A stretch of DNA of 64,000 nt from Macrostomum hystrix (lineage: Eukaryota; Animalia; Platyhelminthes): the NCBI GenBank assembly GCA_950097015.1, contig CATNEN010000034.1, positions 1,860,001-1,924,000 on the forward strand, read 5' to 3'. Below the pieces are notes generated by a model. That model searched no databases. It saw nothing but the letters and a program-made list of their open reading frames with translations, and was not told the DNA's origin. Within the stretch, counting starts at the first letter, position 1; each line of letters starts with the position of its first letter. Below, piece by piece: positions 12,236 through 24,500 of this stretch. A program made the position numbers and the translations under genes.

Positions 12236-12856
12236 TACTTATCTTATGGCTTCAAACTGTGTCAATCATAAAAAATAAAAGCAAACGGAAAAAATTAAAT
12301 CCAAGAGTTTGAATTCTCATTATTTTACTTCTTTTGCAAACCAAACAAACCCAGGAAAGGCAAACGCATTGTGACATTTTCTTTTCTAACATATTGACCA
12401 TTTTAGCATTGGTTTAACAGTACAACGAAATGACACTGTGGCACAGATAGTAAACAACCGAACGGGAACAACAATTTTACTCAGCTAACTGTAACAGAAA
12501 TGTAGAACTTTATTCGCCTAGTATTTTGTTTTAAGCGCTCTTTGTTCGAAATAATGGGCGAAGCTTTACATAATAATTATTAAACTAATATAAATAAATA
12601 ATGGCGATTACACTAACAGTCAATGTAAATAGAAATATTAGAGCAGACATAAATAAGTCTTTAAAAAAAGATCAAATTTAATAGATAAAAATCGAATGAA
12701 ATAAGCGAACAGTCAAGAATACCGTGAAACAAAACTGCATTTTTTATTTAGTTCTTTTTTTATTTGACCGGACTAGCATAGCCCAAATAGCTTCTAGTTT
12801 CATAAACCAGTTTACTTTTCTACTGGCTAAAATTATCAGCCGAGTTTATAAATATT

Positions 12857-14663
12857 CTAATTGTTCTTCCTAGCCGAATTGGAGGCCAAATTTGAGTACT
12901 TGCGCACAGACGAATACCAGAGCAGGAACGGAATAATGATTGACGGCGTGGTCATCATGCCGAACGTCATCCAGTCCATCTAGTTGCGACGAGTTGGCAA
13001 ATTGTAGCGGAATTAATTGAACCGGGTGACACCGACTGTGATTCGCATGATTTCCTAATCGGGAATCTTCCATGGAGCTATCCCCAGTAGGGAGTCTTTC
13101 ATGGGATTTCCACAATAGGGAATCTTCCATGGGATTATCCACAGTAGTGAATCGTCCATTGGATTATCCCCAATAGAGAATCTTCCATAGGATTATCCCA
13201 ATAGGGAATCTTCCATGGGGCTATCCCCAATAGGGAATCTTCCATGGGGCTATCCCCAATAGGGAATCTTCCATGGGGCTATCCCAATAGGGAATCTTCC
13301 ATGGGGCTATCCCCAATAGGGAATCTTCCATGGGGCTATCCCCAATAGGGAATCTTCCATGGGGCTATCCCAATAGGGAATCTTCTACGGGGCTATCCCA
13401 ATAGGGAATCTTCCATGGGGCTATCCCCAATAGGGAATCTTCCATGGGGCCATCCCAAAAGGGAATCTTCCATGGGGCCATCCCAAAAGGGAATCTTCCA
13501 TGGGATTATCCTAATAGCGAATCTTCCATGGGATTATCCTAACAGCGAATCTTCCATGGGATTATCCTAATAGCGAATCTTCCATGGGATTATCCTAATA
13601 GCGAATCTTCCATGGGATTATCCTAATAGCGAATCTTCCATGGGATTATCCTAATAGCGAATCTTCCATGGGATTATCCAGGAATATAACATAAAAAATA
13701 TATTTTGTTAGACAATGCACTCACAGCATGAGCGGAGAACTGCTTATCATAGTCGGCTAGCTCAATGACGGCAATCTCTCCAGGCGAGGTGGTGTAACCA
13801 ACGGTCGAGCCCGTAGCTTCGTCGCTGACCTTGTAACGTAGTACAGCGTGGCTAGAGTTGAAGACAAAAGTCTGCAGGGGTGTCAGGATCAGGGTGTGGC
13901 TAACGTTGGCCCCAGGCGGTAGGCGGGTCCACCTGACGTGCTGGAAACCGGAACGAACGGCGAAATAGTCGACGGGAAAGCCGTCCTCTTCCAGTTGGAC
14001 GTTCACGGCAGCTCTGTGCGAGGATACGTAGCAAAGAACATGAAAAATAATTTTTTCTATGCTAAGTAAGGTAAGAAGGTAAGGCTAGGCAGGACGGGTC
14101 GACTAGGCAAGTAGGAAAGCAGCAGGTGAAATGGGAAATTTTAGAGTAGGCAAGGATGCCGCTGGAAGAGTAGGAAAGTCCAGAAAAGTATTTAAGGATG
14201 GTAGAGTAGAGTAGGCAATGATGGTAGAGTATAGTAGTATATAGTAGGCAAGGATGGTAGAGTAGAATAGTAAAGTAAGCAAGGCCAGTAAAGTAGTCAA
14301 GGATAGTAGAGTAGAGTAGTAGAGTAGGCAAGTCCAGTAAAGTAGTCAAGGATGGTAGAGTAGAGTAGTAGAGTAGGCACAAGTCCAGTAAAGTAGTCAA
14401 GGATGGTAGAGTAGAGTAATAGAATAGGCAAGTCCAGTAGAGTGGGCAAGAATGGTAGTGTAGGTAAGAGTGGTATAACATGGGAATACTCACTTATCGC
14501 CCACATTGTAGATGTCATACTGTACTGTGACATCCTTGCCCTTCACAAACAGGTGGTTGGCAATGGTTTTGATGCCAATTAGTTGGGCGCCAGAGTCGCT
14601 CTCAGCCAAAACACAGCCAAAGATCAGGCCAAATAGGAAAAGGCAAGTGGTCAGCTGGGACAT
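12857..14663 (-). CDS. SSR2: Translocon-associated protein beta (signal sequence receptor beta), 3 coding exons, 193 aa
   Basis: Exons 14663-14494, 14013-13725 and 12979-12857 have consistent phases (2, 0). Signal peptide, [61 protein letters not shown] match TRAP-beta. A probable 5'UTR intron spans 14809-14676. Confidence 0.95.
13050..13680. repeat. Minisatellite, 28-29-bp unit AATAGGGAATCTTCCATGGGGCTATCCCC (SSR2 intron 2)
   Basis: Tandem units with no spacers. Confidence 0.9.
14190..14460. repeat. Degenerate GTAGA-rich repeat (SSR2 intron 1)
   Basis: Low-complexity purine-rich repeats. Confidence 0.7.
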
Positions 14664-17600
14664 TACTATTGGCACCTGAAAATCACATTGTATTTTTTTT
14701 GTCATGCAAGATTTCATAAGAGACATTAAAATGTTTGCCTTCAACATTATTAAAACTCTAGCCTTAAGATAAAAATAAGCATCAAAACAAGAAGGAAACA
14801 GTTTCTTACCACAATGCAACATGCCCTAATCTCTAGATCTTCTTGTTCTGATAAAAAATATATACTTGGGCTTAAAATGAATGAAATAGGATTAATAAGT
14901 GTTATCATACACAATAAAGTTTTATTCGATCAAGTTGGATAAGGCTACATATTAATAACATAATCACATCTATTGTTTCATGAACTAAAAAACTAAAAAA
15001 CCCAAGGCCTTATTTATTTTACTATTTCTCTCTTTCATTGGTCAATAGAAAACAGACTTTTATGATAAAAAAACTTTCTTAGTCAGTTCAAAAACATAAA
15101 ATGTAACCTGATGAGCTACTAGAGACAGCACAAAATCACAATGAAAAGCTAGACCACTTTAGAAAGAAACTATGATTTGTTTTACATTGCTTTGAGAGCT
15201 CCTATCTAAATCTCAATTTTTATATATGATGCATTTCATTTTTTTTAAATGAATATACCACTTATGATAGATAAGAGTAGATCTATAAGTAATGCTACTA
15301 TACTCTATTAGCTATTCGTTTAGCTTTTAACATTAGTTAGAAATCACATTATCTTCTTTGGTATTAACAGAGACCCAAGCCAATAATAGGGCCTAGTCAA
15401 GACCTTCTGATAGAAAACTTTTTATTTTAACATGTTCTATAGAATATAGTCCTATTAAAGTCCATTGCAATTTATGTTAAGTCTGGTACATTTTCTCTAG
15501 AAACTATACTTTTGATGCCTAAGCTAAACCAAAAAAGTTATTGGTTGCCAAAAACTAGGACTAAAAAACACATACAATGTAAACATGGTTTTATATTAAT
15601 ACAAACCTTTTTGGTAACAACTGCTTAGGTAACAAACACTTAGCAATTTGATTATTGACTGTTACAATGAATCTATGAATGCATTAACTTAAAGTCAGAC
15701 TAAAAATTCTTTCTCAAAGATTGTCCACAAAGTAACTTTAGCACTCAACAGAAGTGAAAGTGCCTAGGGCCTATTTAATTCATCACTACAGTGGCCTGTA
15801 TGCTTTCTGCATATCTTGGAATTTTGCACATTATTTTTACATTTTGTCATTTTGTCTTTAAAATGCAAAAAAATATGATATGCCTTTGAATCTTCTTTCT
15901 TTACCATTCGGCATTCATGCATTGTTTTTTTCTGAATTTGAGCATATACAACTAAGGCATACATGATCCAGACTATGTCATGTAGCTACTCTAATTATTT
16001 GGTACAAAAATGGCTGTTACTGAAGACGGAAGTGGCTGTTGCCTATTACCAAATGTTGCCAATGTTTAAATTTTAGCCGTTTAGCTATGTATTTTAGATT
16101 TGTTTTGCTTAAATTTGTTTAGATTTACTAAACAAACGTTTGGTAGTGTTTTAATGAAACAGTATTAGCCCTCTAAGGGCGAATGCAGCCATTCTTCGCA
16201 CTTCGCAGCCTGTCGGCTGTTTAAGCCATAAGCCTAAGGCTAAGAATAGATAAGTTATTTTGCACAGATGCACATATAAGTTAAGCCACTTAACATAATA
16301 GTGTATTGGATAAAAGACGTATTTATTTTTTTCTTAAACATTAAAACATTACTTTGCATAACTGTTTAGCAAATTTAACTGAAGCAATTGATGCATAGAG
16401 CTCTATATGTTTTAGTTGCGCCCTGCCTGCTTGACTTACAAAAAATTAATTAATTAATATTTGTTGGCATTTTTAGGTTAAAAATACTTGTTTTTCAATG
16501 CTGCAATAAACGTTTAATAAGAAAAAATATGCTCTGTTATTGGCCTTTTTTGTTAGCTTCATGCATAAGAAATCATGGCCTTCGAAAAGTTTTGTTTTTT
16601 TTGTTTTACGTTCGGAAACTCGTAGCGACTTAAAGTGCTTTTATCAGAATATATATAATTCTAGAGCAGTTCTGTCGTCTCGTTTGTTTTAAGCATTATT
16701 TTCTGACTTTAAATTTACTTCTGACCTCGGAATTATAAAAATGCTTTCCTCTTGAAAGTATTTCCTTTTTAGAAAATTAGATGTAAAATATACAAAAAAG
16801 CATGCCAATTTTCGTGTTTCAATTTACTCATGACTTCTATTGAACTAACGAGACAAATTTTATCTTTAAATCAACCTCCAATATCCATGCCTAAGTTCTT
16901 TAGTTGATGATTGAGAAACTTTAACTGCTGCTTTTTTACTGCATGGCTCATGTTCATATTACGTTTCAGAAACGAAAGATAGATGTCGCGAAGCTAGCAT
17001 CTTTCAGAAAACTAAAACAGCAATGTATACACTGTGGAGCTTCCGAATATTTATATACCATGCATGAACATACAGATCAAGGTTTATACATGTTTAATGC
17101 TGGCCGGACAATGGCGGTTGATACATATCAGAATGCAGAGAACGACTACAATAACAGTTGACGGTCCCGTCTTTTTGTCGTACAGAACAGGCTATAAAGA
17201 CGGGTGGTAACTTCTGTGTTTTCCAGCCCTTCGCCGCGCAGAATCTCCACTCTCCACCCCTCCGCATGCCAGGAGTAGCTGGAAACTCCATCCCCTTCCC
17301 TTTCCTGCTCCTCATTCTATTCACTGTTTTGCACGTGTTATGACTCCGCTGCCAACAGTTCCCCCTAGGCCCTTCCCCACAGTTTACAAGCCCCCATAAC
17401 TCAATGCAGCTGATACTAACAAACGGAAAGCTGTGGCCCGAGATGAGGCTCCCTGTGTCTATTCCAGAATTCCTTCAGCACCCCGAGAAATCGCACTACT
17501 GGGACTGCATGCAGCTGAGCTATAGCAGCCCGGTGAGTGAGGGGGTGGCATGGCTGCTCATCCCCTCCAAATGTCCTGCCTACAATGTCCCGCGTATTGC

Positions 17601-18550
17601 AGTGCGGAGGGATCCGTTGGGGCGGCAAATTTTTAGGCCATCCACGCGATTTTGGTGAAGGATGGGGTGGGTGGGACTGATGTCAATAGATGGGAAAAAT
17701 AGAACAGGGCCAGGGTGGAATGGGGAAGAGCAGGAAGGAGGTGGAGGTGGAAGGAAAGGAGAAAATGCCTCAATATCGCACCGCGCATTGTTGCTGATGG
17801 CATGGAGCACACGGCTGCCATTGGCTGCTTATCAGTCTGTTCTCGCGGAGGGTTGGGGTCCAGCGAATCCTTAGATACTCAGCTAGCCACTACCGCAGCT
17901 TGCAGATGCCACGCCTTCCCAAACTGGATAGGGGGGAGGGGGAATTCCTGCTGCAATACACTACCGTGGGGGATATTGCATGCAAACTAGGCATTGGTTG
18001 GCTGCCAGCTGTCTCTATCCGATCCCCGGCCGCTTCTCTCTTCCCATTGCTCCTCCCTGACTTTAGACAAAAGTCTATCCGATACGCTTCGTTCCCGGAG
18101 TCCGGTCTACCGCCTGCGTGGCTTCGGATCTCCCATCCAGCCCTCCCTCGACTCTGCCAACCTCCCTCCGCCGCCGCTGCCGCAGCCGCCACCGCCACCA
18201 CCGCTGCCGCCGCCGCCGCCGCCGCTGACACCGCCACCGCGTCCTCCTCTCTACCCCTCTCACCAATTGCAGCCGCGTCTTCGTCATCTCCTCTCTGTGC
18301 ATCTCCTTCTTAAAAAAGAACCCCCCAACTCAACTAAATAAGCGCGTCAACCCCTCGACCAATCTGGCATCTCGCTACTCACACGGAGTTGCACGAAGCG
18401 TGATCTCGTGAGGCCAACATCGGGAATAAACAGAGTCGGATTTGAGTCAAGGGCTGGCTATGCTCGAGAGAGCGGTGCGCTGGCAGACGGTCAGCTGATT
18501 CACTTACGCACAGATCACCGCGTCCTGCATCTGATAGTACTGAGTACACC

Positions 18551-21500
18551 ATGGCACTGAGTCAGCAGCCGCAGCAGCAATGCCAGCAGCAATGTTTAGA
18601 CTTTGTTGAGGTGGCCGCCGCCGACGACATCGAAGTGGAAGCAGAGGCTGAAATCCCCTATCCGGGATTTTATCCCGTGGTGTTGCGCTGCCTTCACCAG
18701 AGGCATCCAGTGCGAGCTTGGTGCCTGCGAGCCATCACCTGGCCATATCCTTTTTCAAGCGGTGACGTTTTAAACTAAATAGCTTTCTGGATAACATTCA
18801 CTAACGTGACCCTCTAACATTAATTCATTTTTCATGCCTAGTTACTAAAAATTACCCATCTGCATGCGATTGTATAAGCTGGATAAAAATATAGTAAACA
18901 TCTGAACATTATTTATTAAGAAATTGGGCGGGTGAGTGAGTAATGGGATGGGTGAGTGAGAGATGGGATGGGTGAGTGAGAGATGGGATGGGTGAGTGAG
19001 AGATGGGATGGGTGAGTGAGAGATGGGATGGGTGAGTGAGAGATGGGATAGGCGTGAGAGATGGGATGGGTGAGTGAGAGATGGGATGTGTGAGTGAGTA
19101 ATGGGATGGGTGAGTGAGAGATGGGATGGGTGAGTGAGAGATGGGATGGGTGAGTGAGAGATGGGATGGGTGAGTGAGAGATGGGATAGGCGTGAGAGAT
19201 GGGATGGGTGAGTGAGAGATGGGATGTGTGAGTGAGTAATGGGATGGGTGAGTGAGAGATGGGATGGGTGAGTGAGAGATGGGATGGGTGAGTGAGAGAT
19301 GGGATAGGTGAGTGAGAGATGGGATGGGTGAGTGAGAGATGGGATGGGTGAGTGAGAGATGGGATAGGTGAGTGAGTAATGGGATGGGTGAGTGAGAGAT
19401 GAGATGGGTGAGTGAGAGATGGGTGGGTAGTGAGAGATGGGATGGGTGAGTGAGAGATGGGTGGGTGAGTGAGAGATGGGATTGGTGAGTGAGAGATGGG
19501 ATGGGTGAGTGAGAGATGGGATGGGTGAGTGAGAGATGAGATGGGTGAGTGAGAGATGGGATGGGTGAGTGAGAGATGGGATAGGTGAGTGAGTAATGGG
19601 ATAGGTGAGTGAGAGATGGGATGGGTGAGTGAGTAATGGGATGGGTGAGTGAGTAATGGGATGGGTGAGTGAGAGATGGGATAGGTGAGTGAGAGATGGG
19701 ATAGGTGAGTGAGTAATGGGATGGGTGAGTGAGAGATGGGATGGGTGAGTGAGTAATGGGATGGGTGAGTGAGTAATGAGATGGGTGAGTGAGTAATGGG
19801 ATAGGTGAGTGAGAGATGGGATAGGTGAGTGAGAGATGGGATGGGTGAGTGAGTAATGGGATGGGTGAGTGAGAGATGGGATGGGTGAGTGAGAGATGGG
19901 ATAGGTGAGTGAGTAATGGGATGGGTGAGTGAGAGATGGGATGGGTGAGTGAGTAATGGGATGGGTGAGTGAGTAATGGGATGGGTGAGTGAGAGATGGG
20001 ATGGGTGAGTGAGTAATGGGATAGGTGAGTGAGTAATGGGATGGGTGAGTGAGAGATGGGATGGGTGAGTGAGTAATGGGATGGGTGAGTGAGAGATGGG
20101 ATGGGTGAGTGAGTAATGGGATAGGTGAGTGAGTAATGGGATAGGTGAGTGAGAGATGGGATGGGTGAGTGAGAGAGGGGATGGGTGAGTGAGAGATCGG
20201 ATAGGTGAGTGAGAGATGGGATGGGTGAGTGAGAGAGGGGATGGGTGAGTGAGAGATGGGATGGGTGAGTGAGAGATGGGATGGGTGAGTGAGAGAGGGG
20301 ATGGGTGAGTGAGAGATGGGATGGGTGAGTGAGAGATGGGATGGGTGAGTGAGTAATGGGATAGGTGAGTGAGTAATGGGATGGGTGAGTGAGAGATGGG
20401 ATGGGTGAGTGAGTAATGGGATGGGTGAGTGAGAGATGGGATGGGTGAGTGAGTAATGGGATAGGTGAGTGAGTAATGGGATAGGTGAGTGAGAGATGGG
20501 ATGGGTGAGTGAGAGAGGGGATGGGTGAGTGAGAGATGGGATGGGTGAGTGAGAGATGGGATGGGTGAGTGAGAGAGGGGATGGGTGAGTGAGAGAAGGG
20601 ATGGGTGAGTGAGAGAGGGGATGGGTGAGTGAGAGAGGGGATGGTTGAGTGAGAGATGGGATGGGATTGGATTGAATAGAAGAGTGATTTTAAAAGTATT
20701 AAGAGAAGTTGACACCACTTTGAAAGGGATTAATATTTGAAAACTGAGAAGTTTAAAGGCTCAAAATGAGAAGCATTAGCCATTAAATAGTAAACGTACA
20801 TATTAACTAGTAATTATGAATTAGTAGCAGGCATTGTCTGGACTTATGTAAGTAATGGCTAGGGTAAACTGTTCGCTCATACAATTTAAAACTAAACTCC
20901 CAAATATGAATTTATGTACTAGAAAGAATTTAGAGATATAGTTTTCTAAGAAATGCAAAATGGTTGACGCAGGTGAGTTCAGGGTTCTACTGAAGACCCG
21001 AAACACGCTTATGAAATAGGCCACACCCATTTAGGTCGGGGTAGGCTGGTCAAAGTCCCATTTCGACCTGAAAAATGGGATTGAGTTGGTAACAGCTATT
21101 CACATCTGCCCGGGTCTAGAGTGAGGCAGCTGGGTAAAGTAGATTTAGAAAAGCGAGTAAACAGCACATAGAACCAATCGTTCTGTTTGCTACCGTTACT
21201 TTTTCGTTTCTATTTTTTCTTAGATTTGACCAAATGCCAAATTCCAAAAACTGGTTCTGAAAAAGCATTAAAATATTTTCTAAATCCTTAGGAGGCTCCT
21301 AAATCTCACAAAGGCTAATCTAAATCCCATAAAGGATCACCTAAATCTCAGAAGTGGTCACCTAAATCTCAGAAGTGGTCACCTAAATCTCAAAAGTGGT
21401 CACCTAAATCTCAGAAAGGGTCACCTAAACCGCAAAAAGGATCACTTAAATCTCAGAAACGGTCACCTAAATCTCAGAACTGGTCACCTAAACCCCAAAA

Positions 21501-24500
21501 GGATCACCTAAATCTCAGAAGTGGTCACCTAAATCTCAGAAAGGGTCACCTAAATCTCAGAAACGGTCACCTAAATCTCAGAACTGGTCACCTAAACCCC
21601 AAAAGGATCACCCAAATCTCAGAAGTGGTCACCTAAATCTCAGAAAGGGTCACCTAAATCTCAGAACTGGTCACCTAAACCCCAAAAGGATCACCTAAAT
21701 CTCAGAAGTGGTCACCTAAATCTCAGAAAGGGTCACCTAAATCTCAGAAACGGTCACCTAAATCTCAGAACTGGTCACCTAAACCCCAAAAGGATCACCC
21801 AAATCTCAGAAGTGGTCACCTAAATCTCAGAAAGGGTCACCTAAATCTCAGAAACGGTCACCTAAATCTCAGAAACGGTCACCTAAATCTCAGAAACGGT
21901 CACCTAAATCTCATTAGTGGTCACCTAAATCTCAATAATTGAAAATTCCTTTCGAGAATTATTTTCCTTTAAAACTGAGGAATCTGTTTTGAAGCAATAT
22001 CAATTTCTCAATGGAATGCATCATCTCAAGCCAGTACCGAGTCGCACAGCGTGAGTCTTGAGTCTATATACTCATTCGGTTTCCCACCCACATCTCAAAC
22101 CCGCTTAGCTGCAGAAATCCCGGGGAGCTGAGGATTGCTAATCCGGGGATAATCCCACAGGCCGGTCCGTGTTATGCGACTTATCAGCATTGCTAACAAC
22201 AGAGATAGCCCATGCTCAGTGGACTGTCAGGCGAAGAAGAGAAAGAGATTTTTTCGACTCAAATCGATATGTCACACGCGAGCCGGACCCCTGCGGCTTT
22301 TGCCCCTTGTCTCTCTCTGACTCGCTGACTGCCTGTCTCTTTCTCCGATTTCCTGGGATCTGCTGCTTTTTGTATTGAAAATTTATTTGTTCTAAGCAGT
22401 AAAATCAGCTTTGAAACAATTGCATAGATCTGGAATCGGCAACCATATATACCTGTAGGGCCTTCGAGACAATCAAAAATATCACAGCGTGCCGCATTGC
22501 CTGTAGAGAGATGAGACAGGGGAGAGATGAGACAGAGGAGAGATGAGACAGTGGAGAGATGAGACAGGGGAGAGATGAGACAGGGGAGAGATGAGACAGG
22601 GGAGAGATGAGACAGTGGAGATGAGACAGGGGAGAGATGAGACAGTGGAGATGAGACAGGGGAGAGATGAGACAGGGGAGAGATGAGACAGGGGAGAGAT
22701 GAGACAGTGGATATGAGACAGGGGAGAGATGAGACAGGGGAGAGATGAGACAGAGGAGAGATGAGACAGTGGAGAGATGAGACAGAGGAGAGATGAGACA
22801 GGGGAGAGATGAGACAGGGTAGAGATGAGACAGTGGAGATGAGACAGGGGAGAGATGAGACAGTGGAGATGAGACAGGGGAGAGATGAGACAGGGGAGAG
22901 ATGAGACAGTGGATATGAGACAGGGGAGAGATGAGACAGGGGAGAGATGAAACAGAGGAGAGATGAGACAGTGGAGAGATGAGACAGAGGAGAGATGAGA
23001 CAGGGGAGAGATGAGACAGGGGAGAGATGAGACAGTGGAGATGAGACAGGGGAGAGATGAGACAGTGGAGATGAGACAGGGGAGAGATGAGACAGGGGAG
23101 AGATGAGACAGGGGAGAGATGAGACAGTGGAGATGAGACAGGGGAGAGATGAGACAGGGGAGAGATGAGACAGGGGAGAGATGAGACAGTGGAGATGAGA
23201 CAGTGGAGATGAGACAGGGGAGAGATGAGACAGAGGAGAGATGAGACAGTGGAGAGATGAGACAAAGGAGAGATGAGACAGTGGAGAGATGAGACAGGGG
23301 AGAGATGAGACAGTGGATATGAGACAGGGGAGAGATGAGACAGTGGAGATGAGACAGGGGAGAGATGAGACAGGGGAGAGATGAGACAGGGGAGAGATGA
23401 GACAGTGGAGATGAGACAGGGGAGAGATGAGACAGGGGAGAGATGAGACAGGGGAGAGATGAGACAGTGGAGATGAGACAGTGGAGATGAGACAGTGGAG
23501 ATGAGACAGGGGAGAGATGAGACAGAGGAGAGATGAGACAGTGGAGATGAGACAGGGGAGAGATGAGACAGAGGAGAGATGAGACAGTGGAGATGAGACA
23601 GGGGAGAGATGAGACAGAGGAGAGATGAGACAGTGGAGATGAGACAGGGGAGAGATGAGACAGGGTTGAGTAGGTGTTGGATGGGGAAATTGGCTAATTA
23701 AAGAGCTTGGAGGGCCGCATCTGCATATATATTTAACATAATTTGTGTTTCGTTTTTATTATTGAAGAAAATGATAGGCCTATTTTCTCCCTCTGTCTCC
23801 CTCATCCCCTCTCCTTCTGAGTTCCTTCCGGCATCGAGTGCTCACAATTCAAGCAAAACGGACTCAAGGCGCATTGACTGAAGGATGAGCGGTGGAAGAC
23901 AGGGTAGAGAAAGACAAAAATTATTATTGATCTATATCTCTCCTTCTCTTTCTCAAAGCCTTTCCTACACCCAAAGCCAGCCGCCTCAAACTAAAGCAGA
24001 TTTCTGCTCAAGAATAAAATGCATGCGTAAATGTTGCCTGCCACCTGTTTGACACACACCTGAGGAGAGCGGCCGGATTTCAAGCAGGGGAAGCGACTTT
24101 GAAAAAAAGTGGCAGTACAGTGAGTGCCGCATGAATAACATGCTTGGGGACTTGCCTCAACCTCGGTTGCGTCCTCCCACCCTTTTGACAATGGGAGCAT
24201 AGGCGCCATAGTGACCTGCGGTGTCACCAAATTCTCTTGTTAATATTTATAATTTCTCTTCCTCAACAGTTGGTTAAAAGTGCAAATTTAGACTTGGCCA
24301 CGAAAATAGCCTAGAATTGTGTGTGCGGCCACCAAAGTTCCATTGAGCCTTGCTTAAATTTGTGAATCAAAGATGCAATAAAACGATTTAAAAGAAAAAA
24401 CTAAATGCACTCTAATCGATTGTGACATTAGGAAATGACATTCTAATCTATTAGGAGATTAGGAATTGACATTCTAATCTATTAGGAGATTAGGAAATGA

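Noticed and set aside
10900-12312. 470-aa NGLSNLQS-repeat ORF (LRR- or adhesin-like look)
   Set aside because: It is a 24-bp satellite, antisense to the TLDc start, with no splice or domain support.
13050-13680. 29-bp partly palindromic repeats resembling CRISPR repeats
   Set aside because: Head-to-tail units with no unique spacers, inside a spliceosomal intron, and no cas genes anywhere in the window.
17180-17200. TAAAGACGG resembling part of a flatworm spliced-leader sequence
   Set aside because: Only 9 nt match, with no rest of the leader, donor or Sm site.
17404-18341. Several short overlapping ORFs and Pro/Ala-rich CCG runs upstream of Cav3
   Set aside because: No recognisable domain; best explained as a GC-rich promoter/5'UTR region.
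18916-20718. 600-aa His/Pro/Ser-rich ORF
   Set aside because: Antisense reading of the 20-bp intron 1 array.
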